Source: Epithemia pelagica (taxonomy: Eukaryota; Protista; Bacillariophyta). Taken from it: a stretch of DNA of 64,000 nt. The position numbers and the translations under genes were made by a program. The notes beneath the pieces are model-generated. The model was not told the DNA's origin, searched no databases, and saw only the letters and a list, made by a program, of their open reading frames with translations. The DNA lies in assembly GCA_946965045.2 (NCBI GenBank), contig OX337241.1, forward strand, positions 1,426,001 through 1,490,000, written 5' to 3'. Positions 46,833 to 59,313 of this stretch are shown here, one piece after another. Each line of letters begins with the position of its first letter. The stretch's first letter is position 1.

Positions 46833-47571
46833 CCCCCCAGCGGGGGTGTTTTTGAGGGAGTAATTTCGTTGAAACACCCCCTTCTCTTTTCGCTGGATCT
46901 TGACGGTAGGCATATCTCATTTCCTCCACCACGATAACAACACGACAATCAAACTTTGTTGTTGCTGGTGACCTCCAATGGCCACCCCATCATGATCCGA
47001 CCATCATATGCTTCATAATGGTACCATGGCAGTGCATTGTGAGGGACACAGTGGATACGGGCCACTCTAGGAAATGACCAATACAGTGACGCGTAATACG
47101 GGCACAATACGAGACAATGATGGCATGAAAATACATGAGAGTTGATGTTTTGTTATCAATGCTGTGCGTAACTACTACTGCTATGTGTATTGTGTATCAA
47201 TAGGTGCTCAAACAATGCAAGATAAGAGCCATATTGTCCCTTTGAGTTGCTTCGTTCGAAATTGTGAGACGTCGCTTCCGTGCCTGTGCCACGAGGCATG
47301 GCGCCTACGAGTCTGACGCATAATAGCCTTAACCTTTAAATTTTGGTGATGCAGATGCATTCTACACTATTGGTTTGAGGTCTATGACTGGGAAGACAGG
47401 TTTCAAGAGTCCAAATAGGTGCACAACAACCTGTGCAACACCATGGCCCGTGTTGTTATCGTGGTGGAGGAAATGAGATATGCCTACCGTCAAGAAATAG
47501 GTTATTATTTGCTCTTAGAGATGGGGGTGGCTACACGAAATTACACCCTCAAAGCCACCTCCGCTGGGGGG
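46833..47571. mobile_element. MITE-like element 2 (739 bp), same family, flanked by TA
   Basis: TA|CCCCCCAGCG...CGCTGGGGGG|TA. Perfect 46-bp inner inverted repeat at 46899-46944 / 47449-47494. The interior is homologous to element 1. Confidence 0.88.
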
Positions 47572-47671
47572 TACAAAATTATGGTCAGATCCGACATCCA
47601 ACGCCAACGACGAGAACGCTCCATTGCGAAGTGAGTAGAAGACCAACGTAGCCCATAACGACACATGCAGC

Positions 47672-50600
47672 ATGTCAAGGTTAAGAGGAACAGAGGAAGA
47701 GCATGAACGGTTCAAGAACCGGTAGGTTTGAACAAAGACTCATGAAATAAATGTCTTTGTCTCTGGTGCACCTGTAACCGATAGTGATTTGTGCGTCCGA
47801 TGGGGTCGTACGAATCTTGGAGGTTTCGGAACCAACAAGGACTCATATTGATGGGAATGATCGCATCTCATTGTCATATTTTTTATCAGTTTGGTGGACG
47901 ATATTTTAGGCCAAGATGTGAACGACAAAGTTCCCATGGAGAAGGTTATGCTTTTACTTTGGGCATTTCGCGATGATCCAAGTGTGGTGACTTTTATGGC
48001 ACGGTTTGTGGCCAAGGTACGCATCCTCGTGCGCACGGATAGTCTATCGTTTGAGTGTTAGGGACGTAAAATCACCCAGGTCGACCTCCATTGAGTCCGT
48101 TCTTGGTTCGAAACAAACTGACGCGCTCTTACATGCTTTTCCTTTTCTTGTTTGGTGGCGATACCATAGTACTCAGATTCACGACATGTCTTTGATGGCA
48201 TTGAGTTTTACTTGCCTCAGCTTGCCCACATGATCATACATTTAGAAGTTGATTGGGATGATGCCGTTCTAGAACGATTTGCGCTTGTCATTGCGCAACA
48301 GTCCATGCACTTTGCTCTTCAACTTAACTGGATTTTACAGGGTGCAATTGAGGATTACTGTCCGGAGAATGTAGTAGATGGATCAGCCAATCCCAGTTAT
48401 TCCCCTTTATTTTACACGCGCTGTCTGACATTGAAAAAGAACATCGAACGTGTCGTTGTTTATGGAAAGCCTCGCACACAAGAGTTGCAACGTTTGTACG
48501 AACAGGGTCAGATCACAAAGGAGGAAATGAAGATAATGGAGATGGCGGATCGGAGATTCAACGCTTTGCAGATCACGTCACAAGATGCCGTTGACGAAAG
48601 TCAACATGTGGGGGCACTGGATGGTTTGCTTTCTGTTCGTATGCCTATCATTGTCCCTAAAGAGCCGGAGCAGGCGGAAAAGAAAAACAAACATGCTGGA
48701 AGCAAGGGGTCCAATGAGTGGATCTCGCGCTTCTGCGTCTTGGAAAAGACTGTTCTCGATTGTTATGTTGTTCCTGGTGGTTGCATGAGCGCCGCTGGAG
48801 CTAACGTGAAATATGACAAGTCTATTTTGAAGCTGGATCGTGCAATGTCTTTGGATAAAGCAACGATTGAAGCACCCAACGCGAAGCATGAGCTGAAAAT
48901 CGAGACACCGCTCTACTCCTTCTCCTTGAGATGCTCATCGGAACAGGAAGCTAAATTGTGGCACCGTCGACTGCAAGAAGAGTCGCGAGCTTCCGCTCTC
49001 TTTTCCAAATCCAGTGATGATACAACCATTAAACAGGATTTGACGAAACCTCAACTAAACCGCTACGAGTTTTTTCAAAACGAACGCGAGTTTGTACATG
49101 CCTTGACCCAAGTTGCGGAAGATTTGCGCATGAATGAACGATCTGAACGCAAAGTCTTGGCACCGGGTATGATGGGCTCCGTCAAAATACCACCCACCGT
49201 TTATCTTCCTTTGGTCAAATCTACGGATCTGTGGAGACGCGTAAGTGTGGCATTGGCAAAAGAAACCAAGGTGTTCAATACAAAAGAACGTTGTCCAGTC
49301 ATCATGCATTTTTGTGCGCTTCGCGGAGAACTGATCAAGAGTTTGAGGGTGGACCCTAATCTCGATGTTGCAGAATTCATGCACGCTCACTTTGAAGTAA
49401 ACGAAGAAAGTGGAACCATGGAACCGGTTCCAGAAGCTGATTTCGAAGATCCCTCAGAAGCGTTGACAACAGTCGATGCTGATCCTTCCCACGACGATGG
49501 TGTGGAAGTTGTCGCCAATGAAGATAAAGATGATGAACCGGCGGATGACGACGTGCGCTTGACACCAGCAGAGGAAAAGATTAAAGAGTCCAACAAAGAG
49601 GATGACAAGGAGGAACGTGAAATGATTGATTCAACTCATGGTAGTGTGTCCAATGTATGGGAAGGAGATGTTGCCGATGACGGTCAAACTCCCCGACCAA
49701 GAGGTACTCGAGTGAAGAACTTTCTCAACAACACAATGGTCCAAATTCCTTCAAGATTGAAAGGACGGTTGGAGCGGAATCGCAGCGTATCAGTAATTGA
49801 CCGACAAACGGCTGTCCAACCACTTGTTCCTATCTTGGAAGGAACTCGTGGAGAAAAGGCAGCTGATGAGTTTGATAATGCTTCCGTTGGGGACGGCATG
49901 GTCGTTTCCGTTGAAAGAAGCAGTATAATGGTCAAGGACAATGTTGTCCTTGGTGCTCTAGAGGAGGGTGACATTGACATTGAAAGCATTAATAGAGCAA
50001 AGCAGCATATCAGTGGTGGTATGGTATGGGCTGAGAAATCTGCCGCAATGTTGGAACAAGCTATGAAGGACTTTGTGGAGTTCCAGGAAGAAGATGTTCA
50101 GCTCGAAATTACTAGTTGCTTGGCAAAATCCAACGACGATCTTCGGCAAGAGGTGTTTATCATGCAAATGATTCACTACTACAAGTCCGTCTTTGCTCAA
50201 GCCAAACTTCCGCTGTGGCTCAAGACGTACCGCATTCTCAGTACTAGTAGCAGCACTGGATTGTTGGAATTCTTGACTGATGCAACCTCGCTTGACGGAC
50301 TGAAGAAGTCAGATGGATACCCAGTTGAAGGAGGGTTGCGAAAATACTTTGAGAAGGTTTATGGGGGACCTAAGTCGAAGGCTTTCAAAGCGGCACAGAC
50401 GAACTTCGTACAAAGCTTGGCTGGCTATGCGATTGTTTCCTATCTGTTGGGACTGAAAGATCGCCACAACGGCAATATCATGATCGATACGCGTGGCCAT
50501 CTGATTTTCATTGACTTTGGGTTTGCCTTGGGAATGGCTCCAGGTCATGAATTTAGTATGGAAAGAGCCCCCTTCAAACTGACGAAAGAATACATCGAAG

Positions 50601-50920
50601 TGATGGACGGGGTTGGATCTGAGTGCTACAAGGAGTTTGAGCGTCTTTTTGTGGCCGGTTTTGAAGAGGCTCGCAAGAACTATCAAATTGCCTTGGGACT
50701 GGTTGAAATTATGATGTTCAAGAGCAATTATCCGTGCTTCTCTGGATCTAGATATGGCAATGGTAAAGCACTGATTCGTTTCGAGAAACGACTGATGCTC
50801 AACGTGCCCGACCAACAAATTCGAAGACGTGCGTTGAAACTCATCAAAAGGTCGAAACAGCACTTTGGTACTTATCTGTATGATGTCTTCCAGAAGGCAA
50901 CCAATGGATATGCCATGTAG
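47672..50920 (+). CDS. PI4K: Phosphatidylinositol 4-kinase (type III beta-like) with an internal PH-like domain; predicted exons 47672-47721, 47890-48016, 48170-50920
   Basis: DGIEFYLPQL; AKSNDDLRQE; LKDRHNGNIMID; IDFGF; ERAPFKLT. Both GT-AG introns keep the frame when I join the exons by hand. Confidence 0.9.
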
Positions 50921-51424
50921 ACGAGTTTCGGAAAATATGTTTTCTTTGTTGTTTGTGCTGAGTGATTCAACCGTGGTTGGTTCTGTTCGAAATGATTTTG
51001 TACAGCATCGTTAGAATGCAATTGAGCAGTCCAGTAGTAGGTATTAAACTAGACAGCCTTGTCAGTTCGAACTACTCAATATATTGACTTATGTGTCTCC
51101 TAAGAATCTATCAATGAAGTTCTCGACTCGAGATTCCACAACGCTTAATCTCTTCCTCGAGCGGCTGTACTTCACCATGCTATTGAATCGAAAAGGTCAA
51201 AGCTCTTCCTGCAAGCCCCACGAGAGTGATGTACAATTTGGGATTTGGGATAAAGCTAATCCTAAGGACATGGTGAGTTTTCATACCATGTGCATCAGTG
51301 GGATGACCTAGCTCCTCAGCAGCACTCTGCCTTGCGGTTGTCGTTTATTGCTGATGGGGGAAAACGGAAAGAGATCTACCTATGGCATGAATAAAAATGA
51401 CGTTCCTACCAGTCGGTACTTCAA

Positions 51425-52273
51425 TTAAGAACGTCGCTTCAAAATCCATTCAGCAATGAGCGCGTATGTTTCGGTGCGTTTTACTTCATTGGTCATTTCG
51501 TGGTATTCTCCCTTCCGTACAACAATCGTCTTGTCTTTCTGTTCAATGTTCTTTCCCACCTCCTTTACAGCAACCGGGTCGGACACTTGATCGTCTTCCG
51601 CCTCGAGGTACAAGACGGGCATGGAAAGTGGAAGGGGAACAGCTCCACATACGCGATCCTGAGCCTGGACGCACGTGGTGTGCCATCCTAACGTAACATT
51701 CTTCAAGATGAGGGGGTCTTCATCATGTTCTCGTTGTTTTTCCTCGTCATGCGTCAATGGCAGAGGTTCCCCAGGGACAGACAAACGAGGGACGAGGCTC
51801 GACAAAAGTTTGGAAATCATGAGTTTGGCAGGTGGAATTTTCATTGCAAAGCCCACAAAGGGAGCTGAAACAATGACACCTTGAATGTCAACTTGTTTGT
51901 CGCGGGCATAATCCAAGAAAGTCAACCCCCCAAAGGAATGACAAAAGACAAAGAGCGGTGTAGTTGCCTTGTCCTTGTCTTGCTGTCTGGCGTACTCAAG
52001 CACGGCTTCGAAATCTTGGAAGTAATCGTTCATGGAGGAGCAATAGGCACGCTGCCCCGAAGATTGGCCATGCCCACGAATATCGTACACGATGGTGGAG
52101 ATGGAATGCTCGGTAGCAAAGTATTCCGCGATTTCGCGGTATCGTCCTCCATGTTCCAAAAATCCATGGTGGACAACAAGTCGAGCCACAGGCGTGGATG
52201 CCGGAAGCCATTTGCGGACGAACAGTTTGGTTCCATCCTTCGATTGAATCGTTTCTTCTGTACGGCTAGACAT
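51425..52273 (-). CDS. Alpha/beta hydrolase (monoacylglycerol lipase / lysophospholipase family)
   Basis: VHHGFLEHGGRY; YDIRGHGQSSG; nucleophile elbow CHSFGG; DQVSD; YHE. Confidence 0.9.
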   Translation of the reverse strand: MSSRTEETIQSKDGTKLFVRKWLPASTPVARLVVHHGFLEHGGRYREIAEYFATEHSISTIVYDIRGHGQSSGQRAYCSSMNDYFQDFEAVLEYARQQDKDKATTPLFVFCHSFGGLTFLDYARDKQVDIQGVIVSAPFVGFAMKIPPAKLMISKLLSSLVPRLSVPGEPLPLTHDEEKQREHDEDPLILKNVTLGWHTTCVQAQDRVCGAVPLPLSMPVLYLEAEDDQVSDPVAVKEVGKNIEQKDKTIVVRKGEYHEMTNEVKRTETYALIAEWILKRRS

Positions 52274-52553
52274 GGCATCAATTCAACTCCTACCAACAAC
52301 AACCTAGAATGGCAACTGGCAACTCATTGCGAGAAAAGAAAGATTCGTTCCTTGACGGCAATGAAGCTTTCTTGAGTCGTCATCAACAGAGATCGTCGAC
52401 GACGATCTTTGTGCACGACTGCTGAGGTGTGCAGCAGGGGGCCACCAGGTATTCGTGTGCGACCCAAACGCGGTGAAAGCCGAAACATCGATCATTCGTC
52501 ACCCTAGCGGGTGCGCGCGGCAGCGTTAAAATAGACTGTACCTTTTTTTTTTT

Positions 52554-53660
52554 TTGGTCAGAGTACATCTTTTTTCTGGGTCAACACTCATTACCACGGT
52601 ATCCTCCGTAGTCGCAACTGGCAATGTTTTGTCAGTGACAAGCAATCCTACGGCAGTTATTGCCTCGAGCGTGGCCACTCTTGGAGCAACTCCACTCCTG
52701 AACCATTGGATGGAAAGCGATCGCGTAGTAATGAGCAACCTGAGGACCGTCAAGCTCATCAATCTGTTTCTCTACTTCTTTTGTATTTTTGCGACGCAGC
52801 AGCCTGGTCGCATCGATGGAAGAGCGGGAACTGGTGTGTCGAGCGAACAAGCTATGAGGAAGAGCGACTTGAATAAGAAAGATCTCACGGTGAACGAGAT
52901 GATGTCGCTTCGTCGACAATCTCTTTTTGTTCCCTCGGGATGGGCTTTTGCGATTTGGGGCGTGATATTCTTGGGTGAACTCATATTTGTATCCTCGTCG
53001 GCTCTTCTGGTCCAAGAAGGCTCTATGATTGCGCCTTTGTATAAAAAAGTCTCGGTTGGCTTTGCGCTGGCACAAATATGCCAAACTCTTTGGACGCAAG
53101 CTTTTCGTCCACACATCTACAAAGGCAATCTCATTTATTTATCCTCCATGCTTCTATCTGGGATTGCCTACTCCCTCAACGTTGCACATGCACAATTTGC
53201 TCTGGCGTCCTCGGAACTCGTCAAGTGGTATGAGTATGTGCTCTATTTCTTTCCCATTACTCTTCATTTTGGATGGACCCTGGCAGCCTCCTTGGTGAAC
53301 TGGAACGGTAACGTTGCCTTTGTAGCAGCATCGAGTTCCCCTCGTTGGGTAGCCTTGGCGGGTCATGCCTCTACCCTTGTTGCCACGGGCCTGGGGGTCG
53401 GATTGACAGTGTCACGTCGTGCCCCAGTTCTGGGGTGTGTCGTGGCATGGGCGTTGACGGGCATTGCTTCCGAAATGAACCGTCGATTGTCGTCGTTGCA
53501 ACAACAAGACGACACACGCCCTCGCTTTGCCTGGAAGGTCGGTGAACCACAAAAACAACAACATGGCATGGTGGATGATCGAGTCCAAAAGTGGCTTAGT
53601 CGATTTGGTGCAGCTCTTTCGTTCTCCGCCTCCATCTACGTAGTCGTCACATCAACGTAG
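52554..53660 (+). CDS. Multi-pass membrane protein, TspO/MBR-like; true start uncertain
   Basis: FVPSGWAFAIWGVIF, WTQAF, ITLHFGWTLAASLVNWN and several hydrophobic helices. Confidence 0.6.
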   Translation: MVRVHLFSGSTLITTVSSVVATGNVLSVTSNPTAVIASSVATLGATPLLNHWMESDRVVMSNLRTVKLINLFLYFFCIFATQQPGRIDGRAGTGVSSEQAMRKSDLNKKDLTVNEMMSLRRQSLFVPSGWAFAIWGVIFLGELIFVSSSALLVQEGSMIAPLYKKVSVGFALAQICQTLWTQAFRPHIYKGNLIYLSSMLLSGIAYSLNVAHAQFALASSELVKWYEYVLYFFPITLHFGWTLAASLVNWNGNVAFVAASSSPRWVALAGHASTLVATGLGVGLTVSRRAPVLGCVVAWALTGIASEMNRRLSSLQQQDDTRPRFAWKVGEPQKQQHGMVDDRVQKWLSRFGAALSFSASIYVVVTST

Positions 53661-54130
53661 AGAGAGTGACAGATAATTATTTAGAGACCTGGAACCTTCT
53701 CTTGATTGACGCGGGGTATCTGTTATGGGTTAAGTTCCGATTCCACATATTCAATGAAAGTCATGTGGGATCTAGGTACTCCTACTCCTCTATGGGACAT
53801 GGACATAGGGCAGGTAGCTATCATTTCATCATGAAAAGGAACGCTTGGGAGTGTTCATTTGTCCCATACATAACGGATGAATTTTTTTAGTTTCCGTTGG
53901 TAACGGCCGCCATTCCGTTTTGCAAGAGGACATCTCAACGATCGAAGACGAAAGAAGAGGAGGCACTGACAATTGAACAAGGAGCCTCGAAGAGATTGGA
54001 AATTGGAGCCAAGGCGCAAACCATATGGTTATTAAGCTGACCTCCGCCTTTTTGTAACCTGCGGCACTTTGTTAAGAAGAGACTTTTTCCTGCTGACATT
54101 GGATATCAGAGAGATCCTTTCCGACAACAA

Positions 54131-56809
54131 TTGGATTCAACGTTCTTCATCACCATGGCATTGACACAACAACTCTTTGATCTTGAGTATGGTCGCGAAA
54201 TCCTTCAATCTACGATGGAAATACTGAATGAAGTAGGAGATACCTTGCAAATTCCTCCCTGGACAGAAGTACTTTCGGCTGGACATGCTGCAGCAACAGA
54301 CTCGTTCCAAGCTTTGCAAAGCGCCTCCTATTTGTTATATCTTGTTGGACAACCAGTGGTCCGCCTAACTGCATGGATCTTATATTGGCTATCTTGGGCT
54401 TTCTACAAATTTGTTCTGGTGGAGGGAATTTACAATCATGGCCTTTCTCAAACCAAAGAGTTGGCCGTGATGTATTGGAACTGGCAATCCAGTTTAACGC
54501 GGAAGCAACTTCTTTATGAAGCCATTGCCATTGTTCTGGTGATTGCTCTTTACAGTTTGTACAAGTTCCTGGAAAGGCGTCAATATCATCGTAGGTTTCT
54601 TGTCTGGGTGGATCGGAAGAAACGACAGATCCAAAAGGTGAGAACTCTGTGTGTTCGTGGGTGTCGCTGGGGTTTGACATGCAGACTGGCTTGCTGTTTT
54701 GACCACGCATGCCAGGCGTGATCCGTTATATTTTTCTATTTATTCATGTGCGGTTTCATCACTTTCTGGGGAGTGGAGTCGCCTGAATGCAAAAGAAAAA
54801 GGAAACGAGAGCCTGCGAGTTCATCTTCATGACTTTTGCGACACAGTTTTGACAGATTGCATCTTCATTCATGAGTGCCTCACAACACAGCATCTCTTCT
54901 TTTTGTCCCTACTACATATTGCACAATACAATACATCAACTCCGAAACCCCCCGTTCTAATCTTATTGTTCCTCGTCGTCGATTGTTTGGGCTCATTGAC
55001 TATACCTCTGGTTAGACTTATTTTGACGCAGTTCGGCGCATTGCCCGGTTCTCTCTACTGTTGGCCACCATGACATCCCATACGCTCTTTATGGTGTGTT
55101 CGGGCATGGTTCGTTTCTTCCTCCCTGGTTTGGTGTCAGCCTTCGCCAACCCCAAGGTCATTTCCCTGTTCTCGTTTTGGTGCCCCCTGTTCTTGACAGT
55201 CACAACGGTTTTCCAGTATAGAGAAGAAACGAGTGAAACGGAGCGATCGGATCAAGAGGGTGATCGCCGCTTGTCGAGAGGCTGGTCTTCGCGATGGAGA
55301 AAGAGTACTGATGGACCAAATCAACGACTAGAAAAATCGACCAGCGCATCGCGCCTCATGTCGAACGGCCCCCAGTCGCAATCTTCCAAGCGGAATCTTC
55401 ACACCACGGAAGCATCGCTGGAGAATGAGCTACGGGACTGGCTGCGGTTTTGGATGGTCAGAGCGAGCTTGGAAGCCGTCAAGGATCTGCTGGGTTGGTT
55501 CACGCCTTCGTGGGTGATTGCTGTTGCGCTGGAATGGGAGCTTCTCTTTTATGTTTGGATTTATTGTTTGCCGCTGATACAACCAGAAACGATTGCTGGA
55601 CAAAGACTACCGGAAGGCCGACCGTTGCGTGTGTTGTGCTCTGTTTTGGGACCATATTCGCAGCGGCTAGTAGACACCGTTTCTGGAGCGGTTCCAGAGC
55701 AATTTTGGCGCACGCAAGTGGTTTCCTATGCCTCACAAATAGCGGCTCTCATGAAGCTGGTCCGTTTGTTGACGCAACCAACGGCTGATTGGTTGCTTCA
55801 CATGGTGGAAGAGGGTCGAGGTCTCTTTATTCCAGCGCTGACGCTCATGACACCGGGCATGTTGACCAAATACGGCGTTGTCTATGTCCAGTTTGTCTTG
55901 CCGACCGCCAAGTCGCACAGTCGACAGCGAAACATTGATGTCACTCTATTGTGGTTGCAATATTGGGTCATCAATGCCGGTGTCGATGCGATCTTGTCCT
56001 ATTTTTCTTCCTTGTTATGGTTCGTTCCGTTTTCAACGCACGGTATCTTCTGCTTGTGGTGCTATCTGTCATTACCACGTACAATCAAGAGTTGGTATGG
56101 CGTGCTGGAGTCAGAATTGAAGCTGTTGGGCTTGTTGCCTGGCGATCATGAGGGCGATTTTGAGGGCACCAAGACGGCTCTTTTCCTAATGTGGGTCTGG
56201 GAAAATCTGCCCAAGGCCAAGGATAGCACAGACAATAACCATGTCGACACATCTATAGTCGAGGATGAGAATGAAAACGAAAACGATGACGATGGCGACA
56301 AGGACAGCCCAACCGAGGACGACCAACTTTCTCCGCTTCCAAAGCCCCGGGGTATGGAAGAAAGTTCTTTTTCGCCATCCCCCCGAGTGTTGGTGTCGGT
56401 GGACACTTGCACCACGACTACCACAGAAGACGGCGAGGACGATGAGGAAGACGAGGAGCCCCCTCCGCAAGTCCATGAAAATGTGACATCCATATATGAT
56501 GCATCAGCTTCCGAGCCGAAAGACCCCGACGGCGATGTCTTTGACTTTAGTCGTAATGTCGAGGAGAAGGATGACAATGATAAAGATGATGATGGTGATG
56601 AAAAAGAGGAGGAGGATAATAACAGTGATGGTGACGACAGCGATGTGGCAGTCATTGATTACGAGTACCAGAGAGAAGAACCAACGAGATCTTCCTCACC
56701 ACCCCTTTCCTCCGCTTCACATCCTATGATGACTCGGTCGGCACGACGACGAGCCGAAGAATCACAATCTCAACGGCGATATCGGGCCATTGGTGAGATT
56801 CGCGATTGA
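54131..56809 (+). CDS. Membrane protein with two HVA22/DP1(REEP)-like segments and an acidic tail; probable intron 54638 to about 55015
   Basis: WLRFWMV and WLQYWVI...WFVPF...LWCYLSLP. A GTGAG donor at 54638 and an in-frame TAG acceptor ending at 55015. Confidence 0.6.
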
Positions 56810-57794
56810 TATTCTACAATTTAGAAACTGTACAAATAATTCTATTCCTTGGAATATAACATTCGTGTCTCCTTGTGGAATCTGAGTTGGTTCTGGCTTC
56901 AACACAGCCACCAACAACATCTAATTTGTGATAGCGTGTTCTCCTTGTCGTAACGAACTTGACCTCCACAGTGGTTTCACACACATGCGTGCTGTTCCAA
57001 ACCGCCACCAAGAGAGTGTGGATCGATCCAGAGTTGGCAGGGATGAGTGAGGCCCCGACCAGAGAGTTTCTTGTCTCGGTAGACTACACTACTGGTCCTT
57101 CCACAGGTTTCGACTCTTGTCTCGTACCAAAACGTGTACCCTGTAGAGAACACAACCATGGGACTGACTGTGAGAGATTCCCATTGACACACACACCACA
57201 CCACACAATGGTTCGAGCCAAACTGCTCAGAGAACTTTAAAGACTTTTTGAAAACTAAAAGGAACCATGACACACTGAAACAAATCGGTGCGTGTCTTGC
57301 GCGAGAAAGGTCCTCATTGCAGTAGGTCGTACACAATCCTTCAATCACCACCACGATGCATCTCGCTCGCTTGGAGCGTGGCACTAACAAGGTGCGTGTA
57401 TCCCGAAAAATGGCTTTTGGAGGAGTTGTCGTCGTTCCGGAACGTACCTCAGGAAGGAAGAGCCGTGTCTGAAACACACACACAAGAACAAGAACAACAT
57501 CAACAACAGGGAACACCATAAGAATAACCATGAGAGAAAGAGAGACACACTCGAATGACACAACACAAAAGCCCATGTTTAGTCGTTCGATCGGCCACCC
57601 AATCGGCCACACCAAGAACAATCCCCGACTTTTTGCTTCATTGGTATCAAACCCAAATGGTTTCTCGCCATGTCTCTTTGTACGACAGGTAAACGGCATT
57701 ATGATTTGGAATCAATCACGAGCAAAATGGACCCGACCGGCACCAGTACACCCAACCAACAGAAACACAATCACAATAGAAGGAGACACTCACC

Positions 57795-59074
57795 TTACAG
57801 TGTTGTGTGGGACGATGAGATCTGATCAAGGGCTTGGGCCAAGGCTCGACTGACTGGGTACATGGGAAGTCCCATGACCTGTAGAAACACACACACAGAG
57901 AGAGAAGCAAAGCGAGAAACAGTACCATAAGAGACGACCCAGAGTCCTTGTTGTGGTGGTTGTGGTTACGTACCGTAAAAAAGTCTCCTTGAATGTTTTG
58001 TACGAATTGTCCACCCATGCCTTGAATGCCATAACTTCCTGCCTTATCCATGGGTTCTCCCGTGGCCACATAGGCTTGGATATCCGTGGATTGCAAGGTG
58101 GCAAAGGTGACCTGGGTCGTATCAACCAGGGACGAAACACGTTGGATTTGAACTTGATTCGGATTGGTCTCGTCCTGGCCCTTTGCGTGGAGAAGCGCAT
58201 AGAGGGCCACACCCGTGTGTACCAAATGGGTCCGACCCGACAATCGGGCCAGGGTTTCTTGCGCTTCGGCCACGGACGTGGGTTTTTCCAAAATGACTCC
58301 TTCCAAATCGACAATGGTATCACTGCCCAAAATCAAGAGGGGAGGCACCACGTGCGCCTGCTCTGGTTGCTGCTGCTTGTTGTTTGCTGATAATTGTTGT
58401 TGTAATTCGTGTGCCAACGCCTCGGCCTTGGCTTGCGCCAAGCGCTCGGTATAGGTACGGGGATCCACGACGGCTCCTTCTGCTTGTTGTGGTTGGTTCT
58501 TCAACTCGTGTTGAACGGCCGTTTCATTCAAGGGTGAGGGAATGGTTGTAAATCGACCCTGCAACCCCATCATGTCCAAAATTTCTCGTCGTCGGGGACT
58601 TTGACTGGCCAAAATCAATCCCACCAAAGTTTGTGGTTGCGATACGCTTGTCATGGTCGTGGTGGGTCGCAATTGATGGACCCTGGAAATCAACAACCCG
58701 CAGGAGGAGGAATCGGTCCTCGTCGTCTCTTCTTGGTGGCTAGGGTTGTCGGTGGAATCCTCCTCCATGTTGTTGTCGTTGGACCGGAGACTGGTCGTCG
58801 ACGACTTGCGGGGACGACGAGACGACCGTAGCACCACCGTCTGGTCGTCCACGACAAAGGCACCCACGCAGCCACCGCCGCCGTGACAGTTGTTGTTGGT
58901 GGTGGTCTCCCAAGGACAAGGACTCCTCCTGTGGGAGGATTCCACAACGACTACAAACCCACTACTACTCCTTGGACTACTACCAAGTACCACACACAGA
59001 AGTAACCAACAAAACGGCAACAGGTGAACCGAGACGAACGAGGAAAATGGTGGAAGGGTGGACGACCGCCGCAT
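57795..59074 (-). CDS. maf: Maf-family nucleoside triphosphate pyrophosphatase with an N-terminal extension; intron 57879-57973
   Basis: LILASQSPRRREIL; GSDTIV; LEKP; LSGRTHLVHTGV; DKAGSYGIQG. Splicing restores FFT-VMGLP. Confidence 0.9.
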
Positions 59075-59313
59075 TGGCCATTCTCAAGCAGAAGGAATTG
59101 GCCAAGGGGGAGCGAGCATAAAAAAAAGATCCAAGAGGCAACAAAAGCAACGAACAACACACGACGAACGGTCACCGGGTGTCGCCACGGACGATCGACG
59201 GACCGACCGTCGGGTAAGGGAGAACGCATGCACCGCCGCCGCGGATGCGGCGCGCTCGCAGTAGATAGGCCCCAAGCGTTGAGATCATCATCTTTTCTCT
59301 TCGGGGTTTTGGT

